Shown here: positions 9,592-18,052 of the stretch, one piece after another | Layout: each line of letters opens with the position of its first letter | Position numbering within the stretch: position 1 is the stretch's first letter | Source: Patescibacteria group bacterium | GTDB taxonomy: Bacteria > Patescibacteriota > Minisyncoccia > Phycocordibacterales > PALSA-1337 | Assembly (NCBI GenBank): GCA_040384285.1 | Contig: JAZKJN010000002.1 | Coordinates: 130,640 to 185,695 of the forward strand | Direction of reading: 5' to 3' | Length of the DNA: 55,056 nucleotides | Translations under genes and position numbers: made by a program | The notes under the pieces: model-generated | What the model was told of the DNA's origin: nothing | What the model saw: the letters and a program-made list of their open reading frames with translations, nothing else | The model's database searches: none

Positions 9592-11085
9592 TCTGGAAGT
9601 TTGGGCAGAAATGTCAGAGGAGTCGCGCACCGCGACCACGGTTTCAGCCAATGAATTCCAGGGTTTAGTGAAGGAAACGGTTAGAGTTTGAGCGCGCAAA
9701 ATGCGGTTCGAGCCAACCTTTTTAAGAAATGACTTCATTTCTAACCGGTTGTCTTGCAAAGCCCATGTTTCTGCCTCATTTGCCAGCAAAACCCACTTTT
9801 TTAGGGGTTCGAGCCGACTCGTTTTACTCTTCTCCAACATCACGATCTGCTGGTCGAGTTCGACCTTTTTCGGAACAAGTGGGTTTTTCATTTCCTTGAA
9901 CTCTGCGAGGTCAAGGCCGCCGTCTGCGAAGGCGGTATTGAGTCGGTCCAACTTTGTCTTGAGAGACGCCTGCTCCGCGCGTAGCGCGTCAATGCGCTTC
10001 TGCTTTGCCTGAGATTCTTCGCCCTCCCACGTTTCGATTCTTGCAAGGAACCGTTCCTTCCATTTGTTCGGAATGGTGACAAGGCCGACATTCCGCTTCA
10101 CCTCCAGCCCGAACTTTTCCTCTCGCGTAAAGCTGCGGTCCTCGCACGGCACGTTTTTGTTCTTACGCGTGCAACGATAGTAGTGGAAGCGAAGGCCACT
10201 TTTTTTGACGTGCCGTTCACCCGTGATACAGTATCCGCATGACCCGCAGGTTGCGAAATCCAGAAAGGTCAGTTCCCTGTTCCCCTTCGTGTGCCGGGTC
10301 TTTCCGACTTTCAAAAGAGCCGCTTGAATTCTGTCGAAGGTTTCTTTGGAGATGAGCGGAACGTGGACGCCTTGGTGTAATTCGCCCGTGTGGGTGAAGA
10401 CACCGTAGTAGAACGGGTTGCGAAAAATCCTGACGATGGTCCCGAAGGTAAGCGGCTTGCCGCTAAGGTTTCCGACAATCCCGATCTTCTCAAATTCGAG
10501 TTGAATGGCTCTGAGCGAAAACGCACCAGTCGCAAACTTCCCAAAGATAGCTTTCATCTTTGGGAAGACCTCTGGATCAGGTTCCACTGTGCGAAGTTTG
10601 GGTTCGTTGAAGTATCCCATCGGCGCGAGGCCAGAATATACTCCACGGCGAACTTTCTCTCGGATGCCACGGCGGATGTCTCGGGACAAATCTCGCACGT
10701 ATTGATTCGCGATGCCGAATTCGAGCGCCATCATGATGACGTTGTCAGAAGGAAGATAAACACGCTCGAAGGTGCGAATTTCCTTAATCTGCGCTCGCTG
10801 GAGAAGGCCGATGATTCTTCCGCCGTCGTCAAAGTTGCGAGCGATGCGATGAAGCGCCCAGCATAAAATTCCATCCGCTTCACCCAACTCAATGCGTCGA
10901 AGCATGTCGTTGAAGACCGGACGGCCTGGCCCTTTCGCACTTTTGCTTTCCTCCAAGCGATCAACAATGACGAGGCCCTTTTCGAGAGCGATTTGGTTTA
11001 GCTCGGCATACTGAGCATCAATGGAAAGAAGCTGGCGATCTTCATCCTCGCTCGACTTGCGGCAATAAATGAAATACTTGAGCAT
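9412..11085 (-). CDS. Large serine recombinase (integrase); C-terminal 57 aa are read from the antisense strand of ssrA
   Basis: Catalytic YCRKSS, ESKSAKGPGRPVF, HRIARN; recombinase domain GLAPMGY; Zn ribbon CGSCG...YYRC...C; coiled coil. Likely start is MLKYF at 11085 (ORF track starts at 11091). Confidence 0.95.
   Translation of the reverse strand: MLKYFIYCRKSSEDEDRQLLSIDAQYAELNQIALEKGLVIVDRLEESKSAKGPGRPVFNDMLRRIELGEADGILCWALHRIARNFDDGGRIIGLLQRAQIKEIRTFERVYLPSDNVIMMALEFGIANQYVRDLSRDIRRGIREKVRRGVYSGLAPMGYFNEPKLRTVEPDPEVFPKMKAIFGKFATGAFSLRAIQLEFEKIGIVGNLSGKPLTFGTIVRIFRNPFYYGVFTHTGELHQGVHVPLISKETFDRIQAALLKVGKTRHTKGNRELTFLDFATCGSCGYCITGERHVKKSGLRFHYYRCTRKNKNVPCEDRSFTREEKFGLEVKRNVGLVTIPNKWKERFLARIETWEGEESQAKQKRIDALRAEQASLKTKLDRLNTAFADGGLDLAEFKEMKNPLVPKKVELDQQIVMLEKSKTSRLEPLKKWVLLANEAETWALQDNRLEMKSFLKKVGSNRILRAQTLTVSFTKPWNSLAETVVAVRDSSDISAQTSRWWRWAELNRRADKVSLRFYIVYQTFTRSPSFNLHTLKFAKHMQAIPEVSKLKQGRDLNF
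9584..9706. repeat. 123-bp perfect inverted repeat, left arm (last 8 nt of ssrA + integrase 3' region)
   Basis: Base-by-base reverse complement of 11602-11724; flanking bases differ on both sides. Confidence 0.97.
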
Positions 11086-11100
11086 AGACACATTTTACCA
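11086..11100 (-). promoter_or_regulatory. Extended -10 (TGgTAAAAT) 6 nt upstream of the integrase ATG
   Basis: Minus strand reads TGG-TAAAAT-gtgtct-ATG. Confidence 0.55.
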
Positions 11101-11127
11101 GAAGACAAAAGTAATTGCGACCATCAA

Positions 11128-11535
11128 ATGACATTCACGCCCAAAAAAGTTTCTAAACATCTGCTCGCATCGTTGCGAGGCACTTCCCCAAACGAGCGAG
11201 TGCTTCACCGGTTGCATAGCGTTGTGCTTGTGCTCAAGGGATTCTCCTGTTCGGACGCGGCGAGACTGTATGGAAATTCAGAGCGTATCGTGGCGTATTG
11301 GCTCAAGCGCTTTGAGGAACATGGAATTAATGGCTTGCGTGAAGGTGCTCGAAGTGGGCGTCCAAGCACGCTCACTCCAAAGCAACTTCGCGCAGTTCAG
11401 TCCTTCGTTCGGGCAGCGCAGTCGAAGAATGAAGACGCCACTGGACCTTCGCTGGCAGCATTCTTGAAATCGACCTTCAAGGTGTCGCTCACGAAACGTC
11501 AATGCAGACGAATTCTGAACCAGATTTCTTTTTAA
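11128..11535 (+). CDS. Stand-alone IS630-type helix-turn-helix protein (no DDE domain)
   Basis: AARLYGNSERIVAYWLKRFEEHGINGLREGARSGRPSTLT and a second wHTH (SLAAFLKSTFKVSLTKRQCRRIL); no catalytic domain follows. Confidence 0.8.
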   Translation: MTFTPKKVSKHLLASLRGTSPNERVLHRLHSVVLVLKGFSCSDAARLYGNSERIVAYWLKRFEEHGINGLREGARSGRPSTLTPKQLRAVQSFVRAAQSKNEDATGPSLAAFLKSTFKVSLTKRQCRRILNQISF

Positions 11536-11601
11536 CCGGTTAATCTCCTTCCTGGCTCGAAGTCGAATTGTGAGACGAGATGACAGAAGTGATTTATGTC
11601 T

Positions 11602-11724
11602 CCGCATTTTGCGCGCTCAAACTCTAACCGTTTCCTTCACTAAACCCTGGAATTCATTGGCTGAAACCGTGGTCGCGGTGCGCGACTCCTCTGACATTTC
11701 TGCCCAAACTTCCAGATGGTGGAG
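11602..11724. repeat. 123-bp perfect inverted repeat, right arm
   Basis: ccgcattttgcgcgctcaaac...cttccagatggtggag is the reverse complement of 9584-9706. Confidence 0.97.
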
Positions 11725-11773
11725 CATGTTGGAGTTAGCTCGAACCTTTTTCGATGAAAACCCAAGCGCTTGA
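11602..11773 (+). pseudogene. Detached copy of the integrase 3' end with an alternative C-terminus (...SRWWSMLELARTFFDENPSA*), attP-like
   Basis: Translation RILRAQTLTVSFTKPWNSLAETVVAVRDSSDISAQTSRWW is identical to the integrase, then diverges. Confidence 0.85.
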
Positions 11774-12488
11774 CCCATGCAATGACCAGGACTCGAACGA
11801 GCGTGAGGGTATCTCCACACCCCTCCCCGCAGTGGGGACAAGCGTGCATGTCAAAATCTCCTGACTGGTTAATGTTTTCTCTGCGTTTCCATGTGCTTGC
11901 ACCACCCCCGACATCGGTCGGTTTCCGGCTCGCACGGCGCTGGTATTTTCAGCGCGGTGCCGTGCTCGCCTCCAACCTCCCTCGTCGCTCACGCGACCAA
12001 CGAGTTCCCCCGACGGACGGTATTGGAGAATGTGAATGGCCTTCCCTCCGTCGTGAGACGGATCAAAGCTTGGTCACAAGCCTTCAAGGTGAACGCCGCC
12101 GTGTCGGCGGCTGGGTGGTTTCGGAATGCAAATATATTTTGGTCGTACTGTTGGCGATTTAGTTTGTTTATTTCCCGGCTCTCCCGCTCTGCGCCTCGCC
12201 ATCCAGCTTTCACCCCATATCCATCACCACGGTGTCTCTGCGACAACTGCATCACTTGCGCAGCGTGTTGAGGTAAAGGGCAACGCTGCGCTGGTGTGTT
12301 GGTTGGGCGCTCCGTGTGTATCGGAGCGCCCTTTTGTCGTCTTGAATTCCAACCCTCTGCCTGCTCAACATTCTCTCGGCAACCCGTTGTTGCCGTTCCC
12401 TAAGTTGGGGCGCTCGGCGTTGTTTCCGAGCGCCCTTTTCGTTGCCACTCCCCACAGATGTCTGAACCACTGGCGCAACGTCGCGCCC

Positions 12489-12707
12489 ATGGCATTCGGT
12501 GGAGCACAATACTTTCGTCGGCGTGAAGACTGCGTGGCGCGGACCACGCCGGCAGACAGCCCGCATCGTCAGTTCACGATCTATTGTGTGAAGTGCGACA
12601 GCTACATGGTGCGGGTGATCGCCGGCTACAATGAGGAAAGCGGCAGCGTGCAAATCGTGCTGCGCTGTGGGCAGTGCGGGAATGCGGAGTGCGTGGCGAA
12701 CGCCTGA
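12489..12707 (+). CDS. Small zinc-ribbon protein (72 aa)
   Basis: CVKC...CGQC in the C-terminal part of ORF 12126-12707; ATG at 12489 chosen as the plausible start. Confidence 0.55.
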   Translation: MAFGGAQYFRRREDCVARTTPADSPHRQFTIYCVKCDSYMVRVIAGYNEESGSVQIVLRCGQCGNAECVANA

Positions 12708-12710
12708 CGC

Positions 12711-13367
12711 TCAGAGCGAATCGGGAAGCGGTCGCAAACATTCCGGCCCATTGAAGGCTGGCGTGTTCATGCGGCGATCCACGGGATAGAACTCGAACCC
12801 TGTGAGTAATGGCTTTTCCAGAATGCTGCGGAAGCGGTCGCTCTTGGTGTCGAGCCATTCGCCTAGTAAGTCGTCGGGAACGACCACGGGCATTCGGTTA
12901 TGCACGAAGGTTAGCTCGGACGAAGCCTCGCGCGTCACGATGGCGAAGGTGTCCGTGGCTTCACCGCCCGGCTCGGCGTGCGCGTAGATGCCCGCGAAGT
13001 AGATCGGTTTCTCTTTCTGGCGGATGATGCGGTAGGGTTGCTTGCCGCCATTCTCGGTTTTCCATTCGTACCAGCCGCTTGCGGGCACAAGGCACCGTCG
13101 TCCGCCGATGGCTCCGCGAAAGAGCGGGCTGGTGGTGATGCCTTCCACGCGGGCGTTGATCGGTTTTACCTTCGGATTCTCTTTGGCCCAATGGGGAATA
13201 AAGCCCCATCGGAAACCTTCGCCCACGATTTCCTCACCACGCGGGAAGATGACGCCCGCGCGCTGGCTTGGTGCGAGGTTGAAGTTTTTTTGGAACTGGA
13301 AGGCAAAGCGTTCGCCGTGGATCGCCACGCGCATTTCCTCGCCGTTCTGGCTGAAACGTCCGCACAT
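12711..13367 (-). CDS. SOS response-associated peptidase (SRAP/HMCES/YedK family; abasic-site protection)
   Basis: N-terminal MCGRF (catalytic Cys2), NARVE, RCLVPASGWYEW, HNRMPV. Confidence 0.95.
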   Translation of the reverse strand: MCGRFSQNGEEMRVAIHGERFAFQFQKNFNLAPSQRAGVIFPRGEEIVGEGFRWGFIPHWAKENPKVKPINARVEGITTSPLFRGAIGGRRCLVPASGWYEWKTENGGKQPYRIIRQKEKPIYFAGIYAHAEPGGEATDTFAIVTREASSELTFVHNRMPVVVPDDLLGEWLDTKSDRFRSILEKPLLTGFEFYPVDRRMNTPAFNGPECLRPLPDSL

Positions 13368-13370
13368 GGG

Positions 13371-13577
13371 TCAAAGAGGGAGCGCTGGAAAGACCACGCG
13401 TTGCATCTCCTGTTGCGCGGCCAGAAAGTCAGCCTCCGCCTTTTGCCAGCGCTGCACGGTAGCGTCATCAACCTCCACCTCGACAGACGCAGAGTGGGTG
13501 CTTGCGAGATCGGCCAACTCGCCCACGTACCAGAACTGCGTGTCGTCTTGATTCAGGCGAAGTTTCATGGCGAACAA
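13371..13577 (-). CDS. Small hypothetical protein co-transcribed with SRAP
   Basis: Stop lies 3 nt before the SRAP ATG; protein-like composition. Confidence 0.6.
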   Translation of the reverse strand: MFAMKLRLNQDDTQFWYVGELADLASTHSASVEVEVDDATVQRWQKAEADFLAAQQEMQRVVFPALPL

Positions 13578-13795
13578 ATAACGCCGCGCGGGGACGGGCG
13601 CAACGGGAAGCCGGGGGTGCGATCACAGATGTTTTGCCCGATAGCACATCTGTCAAACCGGGTTGAATTAGCGCGGTGCATTCCACATGCGCGCGATAAG
13701 GAGCGGCGTAGGTTTCCCCGTCGCCGTGGGTTCGGTCCATTTCCCACCTGCGACAAACCCAGGCGGGGCCAGATGCGTTGCTGGCCTCGCCACTT

Positions 13796-14332
13796 TTATT
13801 TTGGCAGCAGTCCGATTTCAGGCCAGAGCGGTTCAAGATCCTTTTCGTCCAGCGCGGTGAGCTTCCAATGCTTCTCCGTGCCGTTGCGCTCCGCAACTTC
13901 AAGCGCGGTGTCCAGCCAACTGCGCGCCTCGGCCATCTTTCCAATCTGGCAGTTGTAGCAGGCGAGAGTGAACGGCAGCAGCGGTTCGTCCGGGAAGTCG
14001 TTGATTGCGTCGAGCAAGAGCGCCAGCGCGCTTTCGATGCCACCGGTCGGCATCCTGCGCGCGGAATACGAGCGCCATGCGAACACCTCGGCGTCATCAG
14101 GCAGAAGCCGCGTCAGTCCCTCCGCCACGCTAAACGCCATCTCATGCTTGTTGGCTTGGTTGAAGATCCGCCAGCGCAGTTTCAGCACGTCGGGCCGGGC
14201 GCGCTCTCGCGAAGACAACTGCTCCAATTCCTCGTAGGCGCTCAGGAAATCGCCGAGTTCAATCCAGCCCTCGGCGGCGCGGATGTGCTGCTCAGTGCGG
14301 GCGTCCGTGTTCAATGCGGCGGACGCTAGCAA
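13796..14332 (-). CDS. Tetratricopeptide-repeat protein
   Basis: HIRAAEGWIELG, AFSVAEGLTRLLPDDAEVFAW, LPFTLACYNCQIGKMAEARSWL helical repeats. Confidence 0.8.
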   Translation of the reverse strand: MLASAALNTDARTEQHIRAAEGWIELGDFLSAYEELEQLSSRERARPDVLKLRWRIFNQANKHEMAFSVAEGLTRLLPDDAEVFAWRSYSARRMPTGGIESALALLLDAINDFPDEPLLPFTLACYNCQIGKMAEARSWLDTALEVAERNGTEKHWKLTALDEKDLEPLWPEIGLLPK

Positions 14333-14379
14333 GGCAACGGCGGGCTTGCCAGTCGCGCGTGAACGTGAAGGATTGGCGC

Positions 14380-14967
14380 GTGAAAATCCCCGGCTGCCTG
14401 CTGGCCCTGCTGCTGTCTGTCGTCTGCGCTGTTGGCGCGACGGTGCAGGACTACGCGGACAAGATCGCGCCGCTCATTGATCCGGCCAAACTGGCGGAAC
14501 TTCGGGAGCGTGGAGCAAATCAGCGCGTCCAGAAAATCACCTACTACCTTTACTCCGCCAAAAAGGATCGGCTGGATGCCACCGCCGTTGCCAGAGCGGC
14601 AGTCAAGGACGTGCGGATGAAGAAAGCCGCTGGCGATCTGACGGTGTTAGCCATGATGCGCAACGTGAGGATTGCGGAGCAGTTGGGCTGCACTGATGCC
14701 GCCGGGTTGTCTGAAATGCGCAAAGGCAATGCGGCCACGGTACGCTTTGGTCCTTACGCGGGCGATCAACTCTCGGTGGACCACATCATTCCGTTTTCAG
14801 TCGTGCCGGAACTCGACAAGGTGATCGCGAATTTGGAGTTGATGCCCTCGCGGATGAACTCGAAGAAAAGCGCGAGCGTTGGGCAGCGGCAGCGAGACCT
14901 TGCGACGAAGCTGAACAAGGCCGGGCTGCTCAGTGACGTGGGCTTGAGGGCAGTGGCAAGTCGCTAG
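14380..14967 (+). CDS. Exported protein with a C-terminal HNH-like motif
   Basis: Hydrophobic N-terminus IPGCLLALLLSVVCAVGA (GTG start inferred); SVDHIIP...ANLELMPSRMNSKK. Confidence 0.7.
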   Translation: MKIPGCLLALLLSVVCAVGATVQDYADKIAPLIDPAKLAELRERGANQRVQKITYYLYSAKKDRLDATAVARAAVKDVRMKKAAGDLTVLAMMRNVRIAEQLGCTDAAGLSEMRKGNAATVRFGPYAGDQLSVDHIIPFSVVPELDKVIANLELMPSRMNSKKSASVGQRQRDLATKLNKAGLLSDVGLRAVASR

Positions 14968-15011
14968 GGGCGCTGCATGTTTAGGCGCAACGCCAAACTC
15001 GAACAAACCAG

Positions 15012-16172
15012 TCACAGCTTTTTCAACCGGTAAAAACGGGCGCTTTCCGAAGCGTTGTTCGTGACGAACCATTGCCCCTCACTAAGAACGGGCGGATTGG
15101 TCACATCACCCCAAGCGGCATTCGAAGTCAAAACAAGCGTCGATTGCAGGCAGAACGCGGAGGCATACGCGGGCCAGATGAGAACGACATCGCCTCCGTT
15201 CCACCTCGTCTGCAACGAGACAGGGAAGCCCACCAAGGCAGCAGAATTATAACCGCCGGCGGCCACCGCCGTCACTCCCGTCAAACCGGCGGGCGCTGCG
15301 GTCTGACCGTAGCCGTTAAATCCCCAGGCCACCACGGTACCGTCACCCTTCAAGGCCAGCATGTGCCCTCCTTCATCGCTATCTCCTCCTCCGGCTATGG
15401 CTTTGACTCCGCTTTGCGCGGCCAGCGGCACGACTCTTTCGCCATGACTGCTGGGACCCCAGACCAAAACCAGACCGTTCGATTTCAAAACCGCGCTGTG
15501 CAAATACCCTGCGGCCATGGCCATGTTCGTGAATCGAGCCGAGTAAGGAACCTCCAGCGGCTCGTCGGGATCGTCGCGATTGTCCCCCCACTCGGACACC
15601 AAACCGTTGGCTTGCATGATTAAACTGTGATCGCCACCGGCGGCGATGGCTGTGACTCCGGTCGAACCGGTCGGCCCTGTAACCTGATCATAGAAGTCAT
15701 ATCCCCACCCCACGACCGTGCCGTCGTTTTTCAAAGCGAGACTGTGATCAAGCCCGGCCGCGATAGCCACCACCCCGCCTTGAGCTGCCACCGGGACATC
15801 AGTCTGGCCGTCCCCATTATATCCCCAAGCCACCACCGAACCGTTGGTTTTCAGGGCCAAGGTATGAAAACCTCCCGCGGCAATCGCCGCGACCCCGCTC
15901 TGTGCCGCGACTGGGACCGTCGCCTGACCGGTGTCATTCCGGCCCCACGCCACCACGGAGCCATTAGTCTTCAAAGCCACCACATGCCCGCCTTCGTAAT
16001 CTCCTCCCACGGAAATCGCGATCACGCCGCCCCGCGCCGCCATGGGAACATTCGTTTGGCCGTCAATGCTCCATCCCCACACGATCACCGTGCCCGGATC
16101 GACCGCGAAGGCAGCCATCGCCCCTGTGCATGCTCCGAGGAACGTCATCAATGGGAACCAATATCTTAGCAT
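15012..16172 (-). CDS. Secreted RCC1/BLIP-II-like 7-blade beta-propeller with a C-terminal ...RFYRL domain
   Basis: Signal peptide; repeats AIAAGxxHxLALKxxGxVVAWGxNxxGQ; C-terminal LIWP...LQST...WGDVTN...RFYRLKK. Confidence 0.9.
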   Translation of the reverse strand: MLRYWFPLMTFLGACTGAMAAFAVDPGTVIVWGWSIDGQTNVPMAARGGVIAISVGGDYEGGHVVALKTNGSVVAWGRNDTGQATVPVAAQSGVAAIAAGGFHTLALKTNGSVVAWGYNGDGQTDVPVAAQGGVVAIAAGLDHSLALKNDGTVVGWGYDFYDQVTGPTGSTGVTAIAAGGDHSLIMQANGLVSEWGDNRDDPDEPLEVPYSARFTNMAMAAGYLHSAVLKSNGLVLVWGPSSHGERVVPLAAQSGVKAIAGGGDSDEGGHMLALKGDGTVVAWGFNGYGQTAAPAGLTGVTAVAAGGYNSAALVGFPVSLQTRWNGGDVVLIWPAYASAFCLQSTLVLTSNAAWGDVTNPPVLSEGQWFVTNNASESARFYRLKKL

Positions 16173-16365
16173 CGGGGGTTTATCGTCGGATATCTGTGAC
16201 TACCTAAGAAGGTGAACCATGCTGACGCGTAACGACCCAAGCTCAGCGACTAACGCCGAGAGGCAAGGTGGGGCGCACGAGACGTGTCCAAATTGCCGCC
16301 CCGCTCTTCTGTTCGGAGCGGGGCGGCTGTTCGAGCTAGCACATGTTTGGCCATCGCCTTGGTTG

Positions 16366-17811
16366 TTACTTACCGTCCGGCTGAAATGGTGGTGGATCTC
16401 CAGCGCAGGCTGGTTTGTCATCCAGCGTAATTGCTGTCCGATACGTGGCTAAACGACACGCGGCGGATGGGTGAGAACAAATCCCAGCGGTCGCTTTGGG
16501 TTTCGGCAGGTCGAACAGATTTCCAGCCATCAATCCGTAAGCGAATAGGTTGTAAAGCTGGTCGCCTCCCTTCCGAATTTGCTCGATTGCAAATGGCCCC
16601 CACCAAACACGGCGCTGCGCGACCATCGCTCCCCAGTAGTCCGCTTGCCCCTCACAGGACGCCCACGAATTTTCACCTGGATATTGCGGCGGGCCACCGA
16701 AGTGGTGCCCAATCTCATGAGCAAGCACAAGACCGGCGCCCTCGACCTGAACGTATCGGTGACGCAACAGACCTCCCTTGAGAGCGACATGACGTGTGCT
16801 GCCCTCACGCCACGCGTAGGCGTTTACGGTGTCGTCATTCCAGTCAACATGATAGATAACATCGGAATAGCTCCTCTTGTAGTTTGAGACCAAATACTCA
16901 GCAACTTCGTAGGGCACCGAGTTGTCAAGTGGCTCCAGCAACTCTGCTTTCGGGGTCTCATACTCTGGAGGGAGGAAATTGATCGCTCCCGCTGGTACTT
17001 TGACTGGCTGATACGGCTCAAAGAACTCGTCAGCCGCTATGGTAATTTTGGACTTCAGAAGACTGAGACCAAACGCGGCCTGACCCATCAGTGCGTCCTT
17101 GTGCATCACTCGATACTGTCCCGAACCCACCTGTGGACGGCTCAATCCGGTGTCGAGTCGCTTGGCGAATGTCTGAAGGTAATAATCCGCCGACACAACT
17201 CCTTTGGTGTTGATGAAGTGACCGTCGGCATTGACCTGCTGCATGTCCCATTTCCCGACCGCGATGTGGTGAAATGCCCCCTTGTAGTATCCGGCCACAA
17301 CCGCCTGAATTGAAACGGGCTTCAGACTTGCATCAACCAATTTGTCAGACGGTGAAAGGCGGTCAGCGCGAACCAAGCCCTTGGCCGGCGTCATGAAAAG
17401 ATGGTCAGGCGTGACGAGCAGATCCGTATCGTTTTCAAGCTTCACATAGATGGCGTAATAAATCGGCTTTGGGCTGTAGTGCGTTCCTTGGCTGTACACC
17501 ACTGATGATTTTTGCCATGTTCCGTCCTTTTGTAGAGCCAGAACGGTTTCGCCAACTTTGATGCCGTGAATCTCCTTGGACGCGTTGGCATCGACCGCGA
17601 CAAGTGTTCTTCCTTCAAGGCAGCTGCACTTGCAGTAGCACATCGAACCGTCGGGAAGCTCGAAATAAACCAGTCCGCCAACTGAGTGGCAGACGGCGTC
17701 AATCTTCTTCCGCTTCTGGTTGCATAAGTCCTCTGAGCAAGGGCCAGCTTGAGAGTAGGCGTCTTGGGCAAGCAGCGCGGTTGCGAGGACGGCGAGCATG
17801 TAGGCTTTCAT
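16366..17811 (-). CDS. Secreted precursor: Cys-rich peptide + Hint domain + zincin (M48-like) metallopeptidase
   Basis: Signal aa 1-20; Hint start CLEGRTLV (Cys64), block B TPDH (134-137), end HFINTKGVVSADY; LAHEIGH and EGQADYW. Confidence 0.85.
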   Translation of the reverse strand: MKAYMLAVLATALLAQDAYSQAGPCSEDLCNQKRKKIDAVCHSVGGLVYFELPDGSMCYCKCSCLEGRTLVAVDANASKEIHGIKVGETVLALQKDGTWQKSSVVYSQGTHYSPKPIYYAIYVKLENDTDLLVTPDHLFMTPAKGLVRADRLSPSDKLVDASLKPVSIQAVVAGYYKGAFHHIAVGKWDMQQVNADGHFINTKGVVSADYYLQTFAKRLDTGLSRPQVGSGQYRVMHKDALMGQAAFGLSLLKSKITIAADEFFEPYQPVKVPAGAINFLPPEYETPKAELLEPLDNSVPYEVAEYLVSNYKRSYSDVIYHVDWNDDTVNAYAWREGSTRHVALKGGLLRHRYVQVEGAGLVLAHEIGHHFGGPPQYPGENSWASCEGQADYWGAMVAQRRVWWGPFAIEQIRKGGDQLYNLFAYGLMAGNLFDLPKPKATAGICSHPSAACRLATYRTAITLDDKPACAGDPPPFQPDGK

Positions 17812-18025
17812 TTTCTCCTTTTTTGTTTTGTTGTTTTGTTGGTTTGTGCGTTCTTACGGAAATCCATTTCTTGTTTGTCGTTGTGCGCGTCGGGATGTCC
17901 AACGTCCGAAGTTGGTGGCCCGCTCACCAACTACATGGTAATTCCGCAGCTAAGGTTGCGGATTTTCTTTCACCCCAAGTGACGCCAGTTCTGGCGCCGG
18001 TTCTGCAAGGGCTTTTCCCGGCAGC

Positions 18026-18052
18026 AAAAAGGCGCGACGGTGAGGTCGCGCC
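18026..18052 (-). terminator. Intrinsic terminator (8-bp stem + U5 on the minus strand)
   Basis: Minus strand GGCGCGAC-ctcacc-GTCGCGCC-TTTTT, downstream of 18229-19221. Confidence 0.7.

Noticed and set aside
11128-11535. Active IS630 element
   Set aside because: No DDE domain or frameshifted second ORF, and no terminal inverted repeats recognised.
11770-12480. Several overlapping 70-190-aa ORFs on both strands
   Set aside because: No motifs, no consistent RBS, and mutually overlapping; coding status cannot be supported.
12978-13958. 326-aa + strand ORF
   Set aside because: Antisense shadow of SRAP, the 68-aa ORF and the TPR gene; no motifs. Long shadow ORFs are expected in GC-rich DNA.
16366-17811. 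Classical intein or homing endonuclease
   Set aside because: No C-terminal His-Asn + Cys/Ser/Thr and no LAGLIDADG insert; treated as a non-splicing Hint domain.
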